Shown: positions 19,383 to 29,405, numbered from the stretch's first letter. The stretch: 40,484 nt of DNA from Bdellovibrionota bacterium (GCA_044345405.1 JBIJBE010000035.1:1-40484); one strand, 5' to 3'. A program made the numbers and translations. The notes: a model not told the origin generated them from the letters alone.

Positions 19383-20108
19383 TCACCGAATCTTCCTAAA
19401 TCGCAACGACTCCCGAATCTCTCGTGGAAGTGGAGTAGCCGCTTCGGCGGCATAGAGGTCGAGCACTAACATACCCGGCGATTCGAAGAAGACGGTTGTC
19501 TGACGACTCTGAAGTGGCTCGAAAGGAGTTTTGCTGGAGGCGCGATACCACCACTCGCGCACGTTGGAAACGCGATCTTCCGTCACAACGTTATACTCAT
19601 CCTGCTCAACCGATCGCAGGATCCGCATCGCTCCCCTTCCCTCGACGGTCGTTTGGCGCTTTCCATCGATACGGGCGCTAAATATTGGACCGGGACCAAG
19701 AAAGATGGATCCTGGTGGAGACCAGACAAAGTTGGTGTGCAGCTCTAACCGTCCATCCTCGATCCGAATCTCACTCGTAAGGGGTAGCTCTCGCGCTCTC
19801 CAGTGTTCCACCCATTCCGGTTGCGCATCCTCGCCAGGAAGATCAACGGTTCCTTGAGACGTCGGTTTCTCGACTAAGATACGACCTCTAAACAACCACT
19901 CGAGTCGAACCTCGTACGTGCCTACCAGCTCCATAACCAGCGGCAGTCCGATCGGTTGTGGAGCAATCTCGTCAGATCCCTCCTCGGCCTCATTAGCCGT
20001 AAGGGATCGCGGAGCAACCAAGGCCGAGAGCCCCGCGGCGAGAAGGGAAAGACACTCGCGGCGTTTGACATCGGGGTCGGAGTCATGAGGAGCGGTTGTA
20101 GCCTTCAT
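19383..20108 (-). CDS. Hypothetical protein with a twin-arginine (Tat)-like signal
   Basis: KRRECLSLLAAGLSALVAP..LTA, followed by a beta-rich body. Confidence 0.65.
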   Translation of the reverse strand: MKATTAPHDSDPDVKRRECLSLLAAGLSALVAPRSLTANEAEEGSDEIAPQPIGLPLVMELVGTYEVRLEWLFRGRILVEKPTSQGTVDLPGEDAQPEWVEHWRARELPLTSEIRIEDGRLELHTNFVWSPPGSIFLGPGPIFSARIDGKRQTTVEGRGAMRILRSVEQDEYNVVTEDRVSNVREWWYRASSKTPFEPLQSRQTTVFFESPGMLVLDLYAAEAATPLPREIRESLRFRKIR

Positions 20109-20292
20109 ACGCCCGGTACTATCGCATACACCCCGGGTAATCGATCACATTTTTTGCGGGACGCAAGGGTAGTAACAGGCGCTTTTCTCTTCTTATCAGT
20201 CGAGAACAGAGGCTATCCACAAGAAACAGCGACGGGCGCTCGGGTTATCCCAAACGCCCGTTCGATTACGTTCTTGCGAAAGAACTTCGCGA

Positions 20293-20568
20293 TTATTTTG
20301 TTCCGGACACCGTTGTCTGGTGAATCCAGAAAAGGTTCCCGATGAAACCTACAACCGAGTGCCAATCAGCCGGTGATGACTGCACATCTGTAATCGTTCC
20401 CCCCTTTGGAACGAGAGCGCGAGCGGCCGCTTGATCGTCCTCAGGGATTGCGTATCCGAGGACGCGAAAACACTCCGCATGGGTTGTAAATTGGTTGTTC
20501 GTCTCACGCATACCGGAACATCCGGAAAGGAGAACAACACCGAGACAAAGAGCCGCGACTTTTCTCAT
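20293..20568 (-). CDS. Small hypothetical lipoprotein (91 aa)
   Basis: Start moved to ATG 20568 (GGAGGA RBS); lipobox LLSG-C. Confidence 0.8.
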   Translation of the reverse strand: MRKVAALCLGVVLLSGCSGMRETNNQFTTHAECFRVLGYAIPEDDQAAARALVPKGGTITDVQSSPADWHSVVGFIGNLFWIHQTTVSGTK

Positions 20569-20751
20569 ACAATCCTCCAGCAAAAGAAGGTTTTGTTGAT
20601 GGTACACCCCCGTTCGCGCTCCGAGCAATAACTATTAACCGTGCGTGTATGTCCAGAGTCCCATGTACTCGGAATGGCTTAGCAAGGACCGCTAGGAGAA
20701 GCCCTCACAGAGCATCTAGGACTTACTGACCCGATGTCATAGAGTACCCCC

Positions 20752-21633
20752 ATGAGCAAACATCACACTATCGGCGTTATCGGATTCGGAGTCATGGGGA
20801 GTGGCATGGCGAGCAACCTCGCTCGACACGGACACACGGTGCTTGGCTACTCTCGAACCGCGCACAAAGTGGAGGCGCTCGCGTCATGCAGTATCGCGAG
20901 CGCCTCGCTCGACGAGATCGCGGCCCGATGTGAGGTCATCCTTCTCTCCCTTACCGATGGATCGGCCGTACACTCCGTCCTCTTTGGCGAGAACGGGCTC
21001 TCCTCAAAACTTAAGCGGGACACGCTCATCATCGACACAACGACGATCGCTCCATCAGAGGCCGTAGCGGCGCATGAAAAAGCCGCCGAAAGTAAACTCA
21101 CCTTCATCGACGCGCCAGTGACCGGAGGAGATGTCGGGGCTCGGAACGGGACCCTCACGATTATGTGCGGAGGTACACAAGCGGCGTACACCCGGGCACT
21201 TCCGTTCCTTGAGTGTATCGGGTCCAGGGTAGTGTATGTGGGAGGCCCAGGATTCGGACAGCGACTTAAAGCGGTAAATCAAGTCGCGGTAGCTTTGGGG
21301 ATCGTGGCGATGACCGAAGCGATCGTCCTAAGCGAGAGTCAGGGGATCGATCCAGCATTCGCGATTGAGACCATCCAGGGGGGCGCCGCAGGGTCATGGG
21401 CCCTCTCCAATTACGCTCCACGATTGTTCCGCGGAGACTTCGCTCCAGGATTTAGCGCGGCGCATATGCTCAAGGATCTCCGCATCGCGCTCTCGGAATC
21501 TGGAAAACAAGGCGACCTACCGGGAACGGAGCTTTCTACACTGCTCTTTGAGAGGCTAGCCAAGCTCTCCAGCGACTTCGGAAATCACGCGCTACTGAAG
21601 GTCTACGCCCACCCCACGGACAGTTCGAGCTAG
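20752..21633 (+). CDS. NAD(P)-dependent beta-hydroxyacid dehydrogenase (3-hydroxyisobutyrate / tartronate semialdehyde reductase family)
   Basis: IGFGVMGSGMA.NL, FIDAPVTGG, LTIMCGG, K.VNQ, F.PGF, MLKDL. Confidence 0.93.
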   Translation: MSKHHTIGVIGFGVMGSGMASNLARHGHTVLGYSRTAHKVEALASCSIASASLDEIAARCEVILLSLTDGSAVHSVLFGENGLSSKLKRDTLIIDTTTIAPSEAVAAHEKAAESKLTFIDAPVTGGDVGARNGTLTIMCGGTQAAYTRALPFLECIGSRVVYVGGPGFGQRLKAVNQVAVALGIVAMTEAIVLSESQGIDPAFAIETIQGGAAGSWALSNYAPRLFRGDFAPGFSAAHMLKDLRIALSESGKQGDLPGTELSTLLFERLAKLSSDFGNHALLKVYAHPTDSSS

Positions 21634-22400
21634 CGAGGAAGAGGCGCTCGTAGTTCTTGTAATGACACTTGAGGCACACCATCTCGCACGAGACATTTGT
21701 TCTTGTAGGCCGGATCGTCTGTGACATCTACCCCGAACCATGCGGGCGCCTTGAAATCCTCCGCGGAGGCCTCTGATGGGAATTCACACTCGACCACGGC
21801 GAATGGAGCGTGCCGACCACGAAATTGATCAACCTCGATAACGAGAGCTTCACCGTTCGATTGCGGAAGAGAGAACGAGGTGCGGGTCTTCTCGAGTCGT
21901 CGGCCCTCGGTGCCTATCCACAACGCCTCAAACTGCGGGCAAGAGATTTCGACCTCAACCTCACACCGCGCGAGCGACCCTGAGCCTTTCAGGGTAAGGA
22001 AGAACTCACTCCCCTTTCGGCGAAGCCGAACTTCACTCTCTCCAAGGATCAGATAACCCTGCTCGATCTCCACTGTCGATGATACCGTGCCTCGATCATG
22101 AAGGTGCTCAAAGATCTCTCGTGGATCCCCGCCAGGAACTCTCCACTTTCGCTCTACCTCACGTGGAGCGGTTTGCGCTCCCGGCGTGGAGGAGAATCGC
22201 TTGAGGCGGTCGTACTGTTCTTCTGATACGAGGACCTGTAAGGCGCAGTGAGACGCCCCGATCCGTCGATCCGCGGTGAGCAGAAACCGGTCGCCATCCC
22301 GAAAGATTCGAACGCTGGCGTCCTCCTTGTCAGTGAGAAATATCTCACCTGAGCGGGCGAGGTGAGCGTGGGTTGACGTTGTAGCAGAGGGGAAATTCAT
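21630..22400 (-). CDS. CYTH (triphosphate tunnel) domain protein with an N-terminal partial duplication
   Basis: EVERKW, EIEQGYL, VRLRR, LTLKG, E.EV, K.R, EVD.F.G, E.EF, P.WFG.DVT.D..YKN. Confidence 0.9.
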   Translation of the reverse strand: MNFPSATTSTHAHLARSGEIFLTDKEDASVRIFRDGDRFLLTADRRIGASHCALQVLVSEEQYDRLKRFSSTPGAQTAPREVERKWRVPGGDPREIFEHLHDRGTVSSTVEIEQGYLILGESEVRLRRKGSEFFLTLKGSGSLARCEVEVEISCPQFEALWIGTEGRRLEKTRTSFSLPQSNGEALVIEVDQFRGRHAPFAVVECEFPSEASAEDFKAPAWFGVDVTDDPAYKNKCLVRDGVPQVSLQELRAPLPR

Positions 22401-22523
22401 TGCGCCTTTACCTATGTGGTTCGTGTGTGAATCACCAAAGAGTAATAGCGACCTAGCGCGTAGTCAAAGAAAAGAGGGAGGTTTTGGGCGAGAGGGAGTA
22501 ACCTTTGCGCCCCAGATGACGGC

Positions 22524-23219
22524 CTAAAACTGATGTACCGTTAATACCGGGCGAAAATCGCTGTGGGTGTTGCCCCTACCAACGAAGCACATGACGGCGG
22601 GCCACGCAGGCAACGCTACCTCACCAACGCACCGTCCCTGCCCGAGGAGCTCGATAAGGGCCTGGTCACACTTAATCGCGTGTTCCCTGGGGCGCGCCTC
22701 ATTAATCGTAATAACCGTTGAACCTCCCGCCTCGAGAAATCGATTTATGAACGATACGGGAGCGCTCCCTCCGATATCTCGCTTAGTGGGATCAGGAAAC
22801 GAAAGAAAGAGCGCCCGATCTCCGAATCGAGAGAAGCTCATCTCTCCCGGACCTTCGTGGGTATTACGCAACCACCGATTCTCTGGGACCTCACGCTCAA
22901 ATCCAATCACGTCCATCCCTCGCGCGACCATCTGAGCCTCGGCGTACCCAAGTCCCGTAAACAGAGAGAGCACCTTGTGTCCAACGGACGCGGTTACCTC
23001 ACGAGTCAATGCGAGAGCGTCATCATTGAGAATCGCGTAGCCATATGTGTAGACATGTTGCCGAAACGGCTCTCCCTCGATCCATGTTCGGCCACTCGTG
23101 ATGGCATCCTTATTCGCGAGAGCGGGATTCTCGGCGATGCGTAGAGAGATCTGATCTTGAGGATCTTGTGAAACGCCCGAGGTTGAGGGACGAGATACGG
23201 AGCACGGTTGAATACCCAT
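22524..23219 (-). CDS. Hypothetical protein, probable class I SAM-methyltransferase-like fold
   Basis: YGYAI...AL, KVLSLFTGLGY (motif I-like), GMDVIGFE (motif II-like), RALFLSFPD. Confidence 0.6.
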   Translation of the reverse strand: MGIQPCSVSRPSTSGVSQDPQDQISLRIAENPALANKDAITSGRTWIEGEPFRQHVYTYGYAILNDDALALTREVTASVGHKVLSLFTGLGYAEAQMVARGMDVIGFEREVPENRWLRNTHEGPGEMSFSRFGDRALFLSFPDPTKRDIGGSAPVSFINRFLEAGGSTVITINEARPREHAIKCDQALIELLGQGRCVGEVALPAWPAVMCFVGRGNTHSDFRPVLTVHQF

Positions 23220-23225
23220 TCGTTG

Positions 23226-23254
23226 ATGGTAAGAGCCCCACAGACGCTAGTCAA
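23226..23254 (-). promoter_or_regulatory. sigma70 promoter predicting a leaderless mRNA
   Basis: TTGACT-N17-TACCAT-N6-ATG(23219); no Shine-Dalgarno sequence. Confidence 0.6.
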
Positions 23255-23327
23255 AAAAAGCTCTCTCGAACGGCTATCTCATTGAATCCTCGCCGCTAGG
23301 CGCACCCAAAACCTACCGTATCTCCAT

Positions 23328-23356
23328 AAAAAAGGGGGCTCATAAGAGCCCCCCTT
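23328..23356 (-). terminator. Intrinsic terminator of the lipoprotein gene
   Basis: Minus strand GGGGGCTC-TTAT-GAGCCCCC followed by TTTTTT. Confidence 0.85.
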
Positions 23357-23374
23357 GAGACGCGGCGAACCCGC

Positions 23375-24019
23375 TTATCCCACTGGCTTGATCCGAGCAG
23401 CCAAGAGCTCAGAGCTACGAACCACTACGGTATCGCCAGCCTTAAGCACCTTAAGGTTGTCTGGATACTTAGCCTTCACGGTTACAGGGCCCTGAGGTCC
23501 ACGAAGGGTTACGAGCTCCTTCTTCTTGTTAACCGACTCAACCACGAGGATGTCGATGCGCTCACTCACAACAGCGGCACCTGGCTTCTGCCCCTTCTCA
23601 GCGAGAGCGGCGGCATCAAGCTCAGCGCCCGCGAGCTCGATCTCCTCAGGAGTTGGCTTACGTACCTCGAACTCGATCGCCTCAACGTAATCGAGCTCTA
23701 AGGTGTCACCCTTCTTAACTTGATTGAGATTCTTTACCTCTGGGCTCACCTTGAGTGGAACGAGTCGTCCATCCTTGGTGCGCAACGTAGCGATACGCTT
23801 CTTGGTATCGACAGACTCAACGGTCGCCGTGAGTTGAGCTACGGCGGTCTCCTCTCCAACAAGTCCGCCGTTCGGAAGGGTGCCACGTGAAGATGTTTGA
23901 ATCACGTTAAGACCTTGTGGTGTGCTCGTCTCGGTAACGATGTCTACCGGTTTTACACCTGAGGATGAGCACGCGCTCATTGCGAGCGAGAGGGTCAGAG
24001 CTGACAAATATCTTTTCAT
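23375..24019 (-). CDS. Hypothetical lipoprotein with two internal beta-rich (OB-like) repeats
   Basis: Lipobox MSA-C; repeats VESVDTKKRIATLR..DG...VKKGDTL and VESVNKKKELVTLRGPQG...LKAGDTV. Confidence 0.85.
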   Translation of the reverse strand: MKRYLSALTLSLAMSACSSSGVKPVDIVTETSTPQGLNVIQTSSRGTLPNGGLVGEETAVAQLTATVESVDTKKRIATLRTKDGRLVPLKVSPEVKNLNQVKKGDTLELDYVEAIEFEVRKPTPEEIELAGAELDAAALAEKGQKPGAAVVSERIDILVVESVNKKKELVTLRGPQGPVTVKAKYPDNLKVLKAGDTVVVRSSELLAARIKPVG

Positions 24020-24447
24020 TCTTTTACCTATTTAAAAGCGGCGCTGACGATTGCACAGGCGCTATCGCAAAACCGCGGGTGACAGTCCCCGCTATGTAGC
24101 TGAAAATGGGGAGCGTAGCCAGAGAATTTTTAGCGATACCTAACCTGGCGCCCCCACGAGCTAACACCGTTTCGGGGAGCGCATAGCCGGAATCCGCTCT
24201 TCATACGAAGCGCGGATCATCTCGGCCGCGGACTTTGCTTTCATGACGACCGTTCCGAAAGCAACCGCGAAGGGTTTGCAGAGGGTCGCGTTCGTTGCAA
24301 CGGTTGAGGTTTTTTGCCCCTCACTTCCCAAGTTCCCGTTAGACTGCGTCCTCTCCTAAACATTTACCGGTGAGCTCGCAGCTTTCGTCATAATGACAGA
24401 GCTTATGAGTAAGTACCTGTGTTCAAAAACGAGCTACAATCTCCGCT

Positions 24448-24461
24448 GGATACGTGTATCT
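24448..24461. promoter_or_regulatory. Palindromic motif GGATACGTGTATCT (copy 2), just downstream of a TACAAT -10 box before fumarase
   Basis: TACAAT at 24435-24440; the motif sits at the expected +1. Confidence 0.45.
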
Positions 24462-24594
24462 CCGACACAAGGAGAATCTTTTGTTGCCCGAACCAGGAAT
24501 AACAGAGTATTTTCCCCTGTGTGGCGCGAGGTTCACCCCTCCCCTATCCACTGAGAGCGAACAGGCTCCGAAAAGCACACCCACGAAGGATAGT

Positions 24595-26106
24595 ATGAAA
24601 ACAGTAACCGAAGCGGATTTCATTCAAAGCGTTCAAGACGCTCTCCAATTCATCTCGTACTACCATCCGATCGATTTTATCCAAGCGATGCACAAGGCCT
24701 ACCTCGCAGAGGAGTCAAAGAGCGCAAAGGACGCTATCGCGCAGATCTTGGTCAACTCACGCATGGCGGCTGAGGGACACCGTCCTCTCTGCCAAGATAC
24801 AGGTATCGTGGTTGGATTCGTGAAGATCGGCGCAGAGATTCGCGTTGACTCGAAGCGACCCCTGCAGGAGCTCTTCGACGAAGGTATTCGACGCGCCTAC
24901 AAGGATTCGAACAATCCGTTGCGAGCCTCGATGGTAACGGACCCGGCCGGAGCTCGTAAGAACACGAAGGACAACACCCCCGGCATCCTTCACGTCGAGT
25001 TCGTTCCAGGAGATACGATCGAGGTGTCTATCGCGGCGAAGGGCGGAGGCTCCGAGAACAAGGCGAAGCTTGAGATGCTTAATCCAAATGACGACATCGT
25101 CGGTTGGGTGCTTGAAACCGTGCCACACATGGGAGCTGGATGGTGCCCGCCCGGAGTGCTCGGCATCGGCATCGGGGGATCCGCCGAAAAAGCGATGCTC
25201 TTAGCGAAGGAATCGCTTATGGCGCCGGTGGATATCCATGAACTCAAAGCTCGTGGTCCAAAGACCCGCGCGGAGGAGCTGCGACTGGAGATCTTCGAGA
25301 AGGTCAATCAACTCGGTATCGGCGCGCAGGGACTCGGCGGCCTCGCGACCGTTCTCGATGTGAAGGTGCTCGACTACCCAACCCATGCGGCTTCATTTCC
25401 CGTCGCGATGATTCCTAACTGCGCCGCGACCCGACATGTTCACTTTGAGCTCGACGGCTCAGGTCCGGCGAAGCTTACACCACCGTCGCTCGATGAGTGG
25501 CCAAAGATCGAGCTCTCCCTCGGCGCTGGAGCTCGTCGAATAGATCTCTCAAAGATCACCCGTGAGGAGCTAGCGTCGCTCAAACCGGGAGAGACCGTTC
25601 TCCTCTCCGGAAAAATCCTCACCGGTCGTGACGCGGCGCACAAACGGATCGCTGATATCCTCGCGAAGGGAGAGAAGCTTCCTGACGGTGTGGATTTTAA
25701 GAATCGTTTTATCTACTACGTAGGCCCTGTCGATCCTGTCGGAAATGAAGTTGTGGGCCCAGCCGGACCCACAACCGCGACCCGTATGGATAAGTTCACC
25801 GAGATGATGCTTCAGACGGGGCTGCTCGGCATGATCGGAAAAGCGGAGCGCGGTCCCGAAACCGTGGAGCTGATCAAGAAGTACAAGGCTGTCTACCTTA
25901 TGGCCGTAGGTGGCGCCGCGTATCTCGTTTCAAAGGCGATAACCGCCGCGCGAGTAGTTGCGTTCGCCGATCTCGGCATGGAGGCGATCTACGAGTTTGA
26001 GGTAAAGGATATGCCGGTTACCGTGGCGGTCGACAGTAGCGGAGTCTCCGTGCATGAGGTCGGACCGAAGGAGTGGCGAAAGAAAATCCTTAAGGTTCTC
26101 AACTAG
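24595..26106 (+). CDS. fumA: Class I (Fe-S) fumarate hydratase
   Basis: PLCQDTG, KGGGSENK, GAGWCPP, NCAATRH, GRDAAHKR, GPTTATRMD, MIGKAERG. Start moved to ATG 24595 (AAGGA RBS). Confidence 0.96.
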   Translation: MKTVTEADFIQSVQDALQFISYYHPIDFIQAMHKAYLAEESKSAKDAIAQILVNSRMAAEGHRPLCQDTGIVVGFVKIGAEIRVDSKRPLQELFDEGIRRAYKDSNNPLRASMVTDPAGARKNTKDNTPGILHVEFVPGDTIEVSIAAKGGGSENKAKLEMLNPNDDIVGWVLETVPHMGAGWCPPGVLGIGIGGSAEKAMLLAKESLMAPVDIHELKARGPKTRAEELRLEIFEKVNQLGIGAQGLGGLATVLDVKVLDYPTHAASFPVAMIPNCAATRHVHFELDGSGPAKLTPPSLDEWPKIELSLGAGARRIDLSKITREELASLKPGETVLLSGKILTGRDAAHKRIADILAKGEKLPDGVDFKNRFIYYVGPVDPVGNEVVGPAGPTTATRMDKFTEMMLQTGLLGMIGKAERGPETVELIKKYKAVYLMAVGGAAYLVSKAITAARVVAFADLGMEAIYEFEVKDMPVTVAVDSSGVSVHEVGPKEWRKKILKVLN

Positions 26107-26115
26107 AGTCGTATT

Positions 26116-27642
26116 CTAACGTGCCTCGATTCGAGCAGCGACAAAACCGTCGCTTTCGAATCGAGAGGTCACCGCCACACAATCCCGACCGAGGATGTCG
26201 ATCGCGTGTGAGACCTCCTCAGCCTGCAGAACACCCACGATCCACACCGAGCGTCCGGGAACGGTGACGAGTCGCTTCTTCAGTCGATTACACATCACCG
26301 GAGCGTTCACGATCTTCCAATTCGCATCTAACACCGGCATCTCAAGTGAACGGTCTCGGCGTATGTACATGGCGGCAACGGTCGAATCCACTCGACGCAT
26401 CATAACGAGATCTTCGGGGGCACGGGTCTCCGAAAGGTATCGAAGCGCCGCTTTCATATTACTCCTGTTAAGCGGTCGCACAAATCGCTCTGTCGACGTA
26501 GCAACCGAGGGCCCCATCACGAGAAGCGCCAGGGCGACCGCGCCGGCCGAGAGTAACGGATACCGGTTTCGAGCGATCTCAATCATAGCGGCGACCCCAC
26601 TCGCGGCGGCGATGAGTATGAAGGGAACGAGATACAGAACGAGCCTCGCGCTGAAAGGAGAAACTCGAAGAAGCGATAAGGAAAATGAGACCGCCAGGAT
26701 CAGCGCGGCATAGGGCGCAAGGGGTGACCGCTCACGAAACATCCTCGTGAGTCCGAGCGCAACGACCGCTACGAGAAGACCCTCCCATCCTCCAAGCCAT
26801 AACGGGAACACAGCGTCCGTTGAGCCGTGGGACCCCGGTGGCATAAAGATATACGCCATCAGAGCCCCCCACACGTGCACTATCCATCGCCCCGCGGCCA
26901 AAACACCGTCGTGCCATGGGGCGAGTCCGTGGCGCCAATAGGTAAAGAGTTCTTGATTGCCGAAGAGTGCCCTCATGTTCGTCGAGGCGTGAAGGGTGAA
27001 GCTGACCACCCATACACCACAAACGACGACGAGCGTTCCAGCAGCCTTCCAATCTCGCGCTACCCAGGACCGAAAGATGAGGATGGTTCCGCACGCGCAC
27101 AGCACGACTGGGGCGTTGTGAGAGAACCACACCGATACCACTCCAACGATGATCAACACGATCAACGAAAGTTTGTGCCGCTCGTACTGGATAGTGGCGC
27201 ACACCACGAGCAGGGCAACGAGCGCCTCAAGCATGTAGTGCTTCCCCTCGGCGGAATAGAAGATCAACCACGGCGAAACAGATATAGCGAAGAGCGCGAA
27301 GACGCGGGAGAAGGAGTCCCGAAACGAAACCATAACTAACCACGCGGATACGAAGAGAGCGGAGATCCCACTTACTAATGAAAGCAATCGAGCACCAACC
27401 TCAAAGGAGGAAAACTGACTCATCACCGCCTTCGATATGACAAGATACGCCGCGGGGGCACCTTGATTACCCGCCACTCCGTTGAAGAAAAGCTCCTCGT
27501 AGCTACGACCACGGATCTGGAGCAGGAGCGCCACCTCATCAAGCCATAACGAACGAAACGCGAAGAAGCCACGCAGCCGCAACAAGACACCGAGAAAAGC
27601 GACGAACCAAAACCAGAATTTGAAACTCTTGAGAAACTTCAA
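26116..27642 (-). CDS. GT-C fold membrane glycosyltransferase (ArnT/PMT-like)
   Basis: RSLWLDE after TM1, RLLSL..G, SP..I.YS.E.K.Y, RL.LYL.P; about 11 TM helices plus a periplasmic C-terminus. Confidence 0.8.
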   Translation of the reverse strand: MKFLKSFKFWFWFVAFLGVLLRLRGFFAFRSLWLDEVALLLQIRGRSYEELFFNGVAGNQGAPAAYLVISKAVMSQFSSFEVGARLLSLVSGISALFVSAWLVMVSFRDSFSRVFALFAISVSPWLIFYSAEGKHYMLEALVALLVVCATIQYERHKLSLIVLIIVGVVSVWFSHNAPVVLCACGTILIFRSWVARDWKAAGTLVVVCGVWVVSFTLHASTNMRALFGNQELFTYWRHGLAPWHDGVLAAGRWIVHVWGALMAYIFMPPGSHGSTDAVFPLWLGGWEGLLVAVVALGLTRMFRERSPLAPYAALILAVSFSLSLLRVSPFSARLVLYLVPFILIAAASGVAAMIEIARNRYPLLSAGAVALALLVMGPSVATSTERFVRPLNRSNMKAALRYLSETRAPEDLVMMRRVDSTVAAMYIRRDRSLEMPVLDANWKIVNAPVMCNRLKKRLVTVPGRSVWIVGVLQAEEVSHAIDILGRDCVAVTSRFESDGFVAARIEAR

Positions 27643-27703
27643 GGCGAACGCGATCCACGCACAGATTTCGCGAAGCTTAAAACATCAACCTGAAAGGGGA
27701 AAG

Positions 27704-28426
27704 CTACGCCGGCTTATCAGCGATGTAGATGTAGGCGATACCTCCACAGAGGGAGATCGTTTTACGAGGAACCCATCCCGACTTTTTGAGGAGCAGTTCA
27801 AACTCCGCCCCACACGGAAACGCCGCCGCGGTGCGTGGAAGGTACTGATACGCTCCCCCATCACCTGAGATGTAGGCCCCTACACGAGGGATGACGTTCT
27901 TTGAGTACCACTCATAGAGCTTGCTCCACACCTTGTTCGTTGGCTGTCCGAACTCAAGGACACCGATAGTGCCACCAGGAAGGCACACACGGCACATCTC
28001 CCGAAGCCCCGTCTCAGGGGATGGGAGATTACGCACGCCGTACGAAACCGAGATGACATCAAAAGAATCATCGGCAAAGGGCATGTCCTGCGCGTCGGAC
28101 TCTATCCATGCGGTTTGGGGTAGGTCCTGACACCGCTTACGACCGCGCGAGAGCATCTCGGTGGAGATATCGACGGCGACCACGCCGCGGTAGTGTGGGG
28201 AGAGACGGGGAACGAGCGCTCCAGTGCCAGTGCACACATCGAGACACAGCCCACCGGAAACCTTTGGAAGATTTCGAACGAGCCGACGCTCCCAGAGGCG
28301 ATTAATTCCGAGGCTCAACACACCATTCAATTTGTCGTAGGTGGGAGCGATCTTGTCGAACATGTTTCGCACGTCACCCACAGAAACTGGGCGCGAAAGT
28401 CTTGACATGTCCGAAACATTTTCCAT
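27704..28426 (-). CDS. ubiE: Ubiquinone/menaquinone C-methyltransferase (UbiE/MenG)
   Basis: VRNMFDKIAPTYD.LN..LSLG, LDVCTGTG, MPF.D.SFD, YGVRN, LEFGQP, AYQYLP. Confidence 0.93.
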   Translation of the reverse strand: MENVSDMSRLSRPVSVGDVRNMFDKIAPTYDKLNGVLSLGINRLWERRLVRNLPKVSGGLCLDVCTGTGALVPRLSPHYRGVVAVDISTEMLSRGRKRCQDLPQTAWIESDAQDMPFADDSFDVISVSYGVRNLPSPETGLREMCRVCLPGGTIGVLEFGQPTNKVWSKLYEWYSKNVIPRVGAYISGDGGAYQYLPRTAAAFPCGAEFELLLKKSGWVPRKTISLCGGIAYIYIADKPA

Positions 28427-28586
28427 AAAGGGTACACTATGCGGAAAGATACACTTGTTTCAATACGGTAAGTTCTCCCCCTCGCATAATATTCACCCTA
28501 GACAGGACGCGGATCGACCCGATCTGAACCGATCCACACCCGTTACGCCCTTTTGCCACCCTTCAAGAAGCGATACGTTCACATCT

Positions 28587-29405
28587 ATGACCACACCACG
28601 AGCTCTCTGGGAGAGCGTCATTTTCGCCGTTATACGCCTCTCTCCGCTCATCGCGCCGGCCGCGATCGTGCCGTTACCAGCAAACGATCCGATCGCCACC
28701 GACCTCCTCTTTAAGCGGTGGCTCACCCTCCTCGCTATTCTCGTTCTGTGGAATATGACCGAGGGTGCGGCGATTTTGTGGATGAAAGCCAAGAGCCAAG
28801 CGAGCGACCGAACGAAAGGGTACCTGATCGTCACCATCCTATGCGGAGCGATAACCGTAGCGGTCCTTCAGTACGGGCGAACCCTCACCTCTCAAGGCAT
28901 CTTCCTCCTTACTCTCGCCGCCCTCTCCGTACGCGGGATGTCGCGATCGGGCTGGGAGAATGGACGCCCCCTCGCCGGCTTCCTTGGCGCGATGCTCGGA
29001 AACTCCCTGATCGCCCTTGCCTCACTCCGCTCCATCGTAACGCTCCTCTCAATCGCTCCAAGCCTCGACTGGCAGAGTATCGTGGTGGCTGGAGCGATCG
29101 GCTCGTCAGTGGCCGCGGTCGAGGCCTCGTGGTACGCGCGCGTGTTTTCGAAGGAGGAACTCTCTCGCTGGGCCCTTCCTCTCTATCGGGTCACCCTGTG
29201 TCTCGGCCCGATCGTTATCGCGACGATGGGAATGACCAACCAGATCCCCCTCTCCTACGCTCTTACGAGCGTCGTCGTGCTCGTGGCGACCAGAACCCTC
29301 AACGCAGCCAACACCCGTGCCGAGATACCGTCAAAACTCATACGGGGCGCCGGCGGAATCTACCTTCTCTTTGTAGCCAGTATGATGGTGTGCAAATATC
29401 TGTAA
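28587..29405 (+). CDS. Hypothetical polytopic membrane protein
   Basis: About 8-9 hydrophobic segments from MTTPRALWES. The upstream extension in the ORF track overlaps ubiE and is unlikely. Confidence 0.75.
   Translation: MTTPRALWESVIFAVIRLSPLIAPAAIVPLPANDPIATDLLFKRWLTLLAILVLWNMTEGAAILWMKAKSQASDRTKGYLIVTILCGAITVAVLQYGRTLTSQGIFLLTLAALSVRGMSRSGWENGRPLAGFLGAMLGNSLIALASLRSIVTLLSIAPSLDWQSIVVAGAIGSSVAAVEASWYARVFSKEELSRWALPLYRVTLCLGPIVIATMGMTNQIPLSYALTSVVVLVATRTLNAANTRAEIPSKLIRGAGGIYLLFVASMMVCKYL

Noticed and set aside
24454-24594. N-terminal extensions in the ORF track (fumarase; also 12753, 28341, 30329, 34294 and 20628)
   Set aside because: Downstream starts fit family N-termini and mostly have an RBS or -10 box; the extensions overlap promoters or neighbouring genes.
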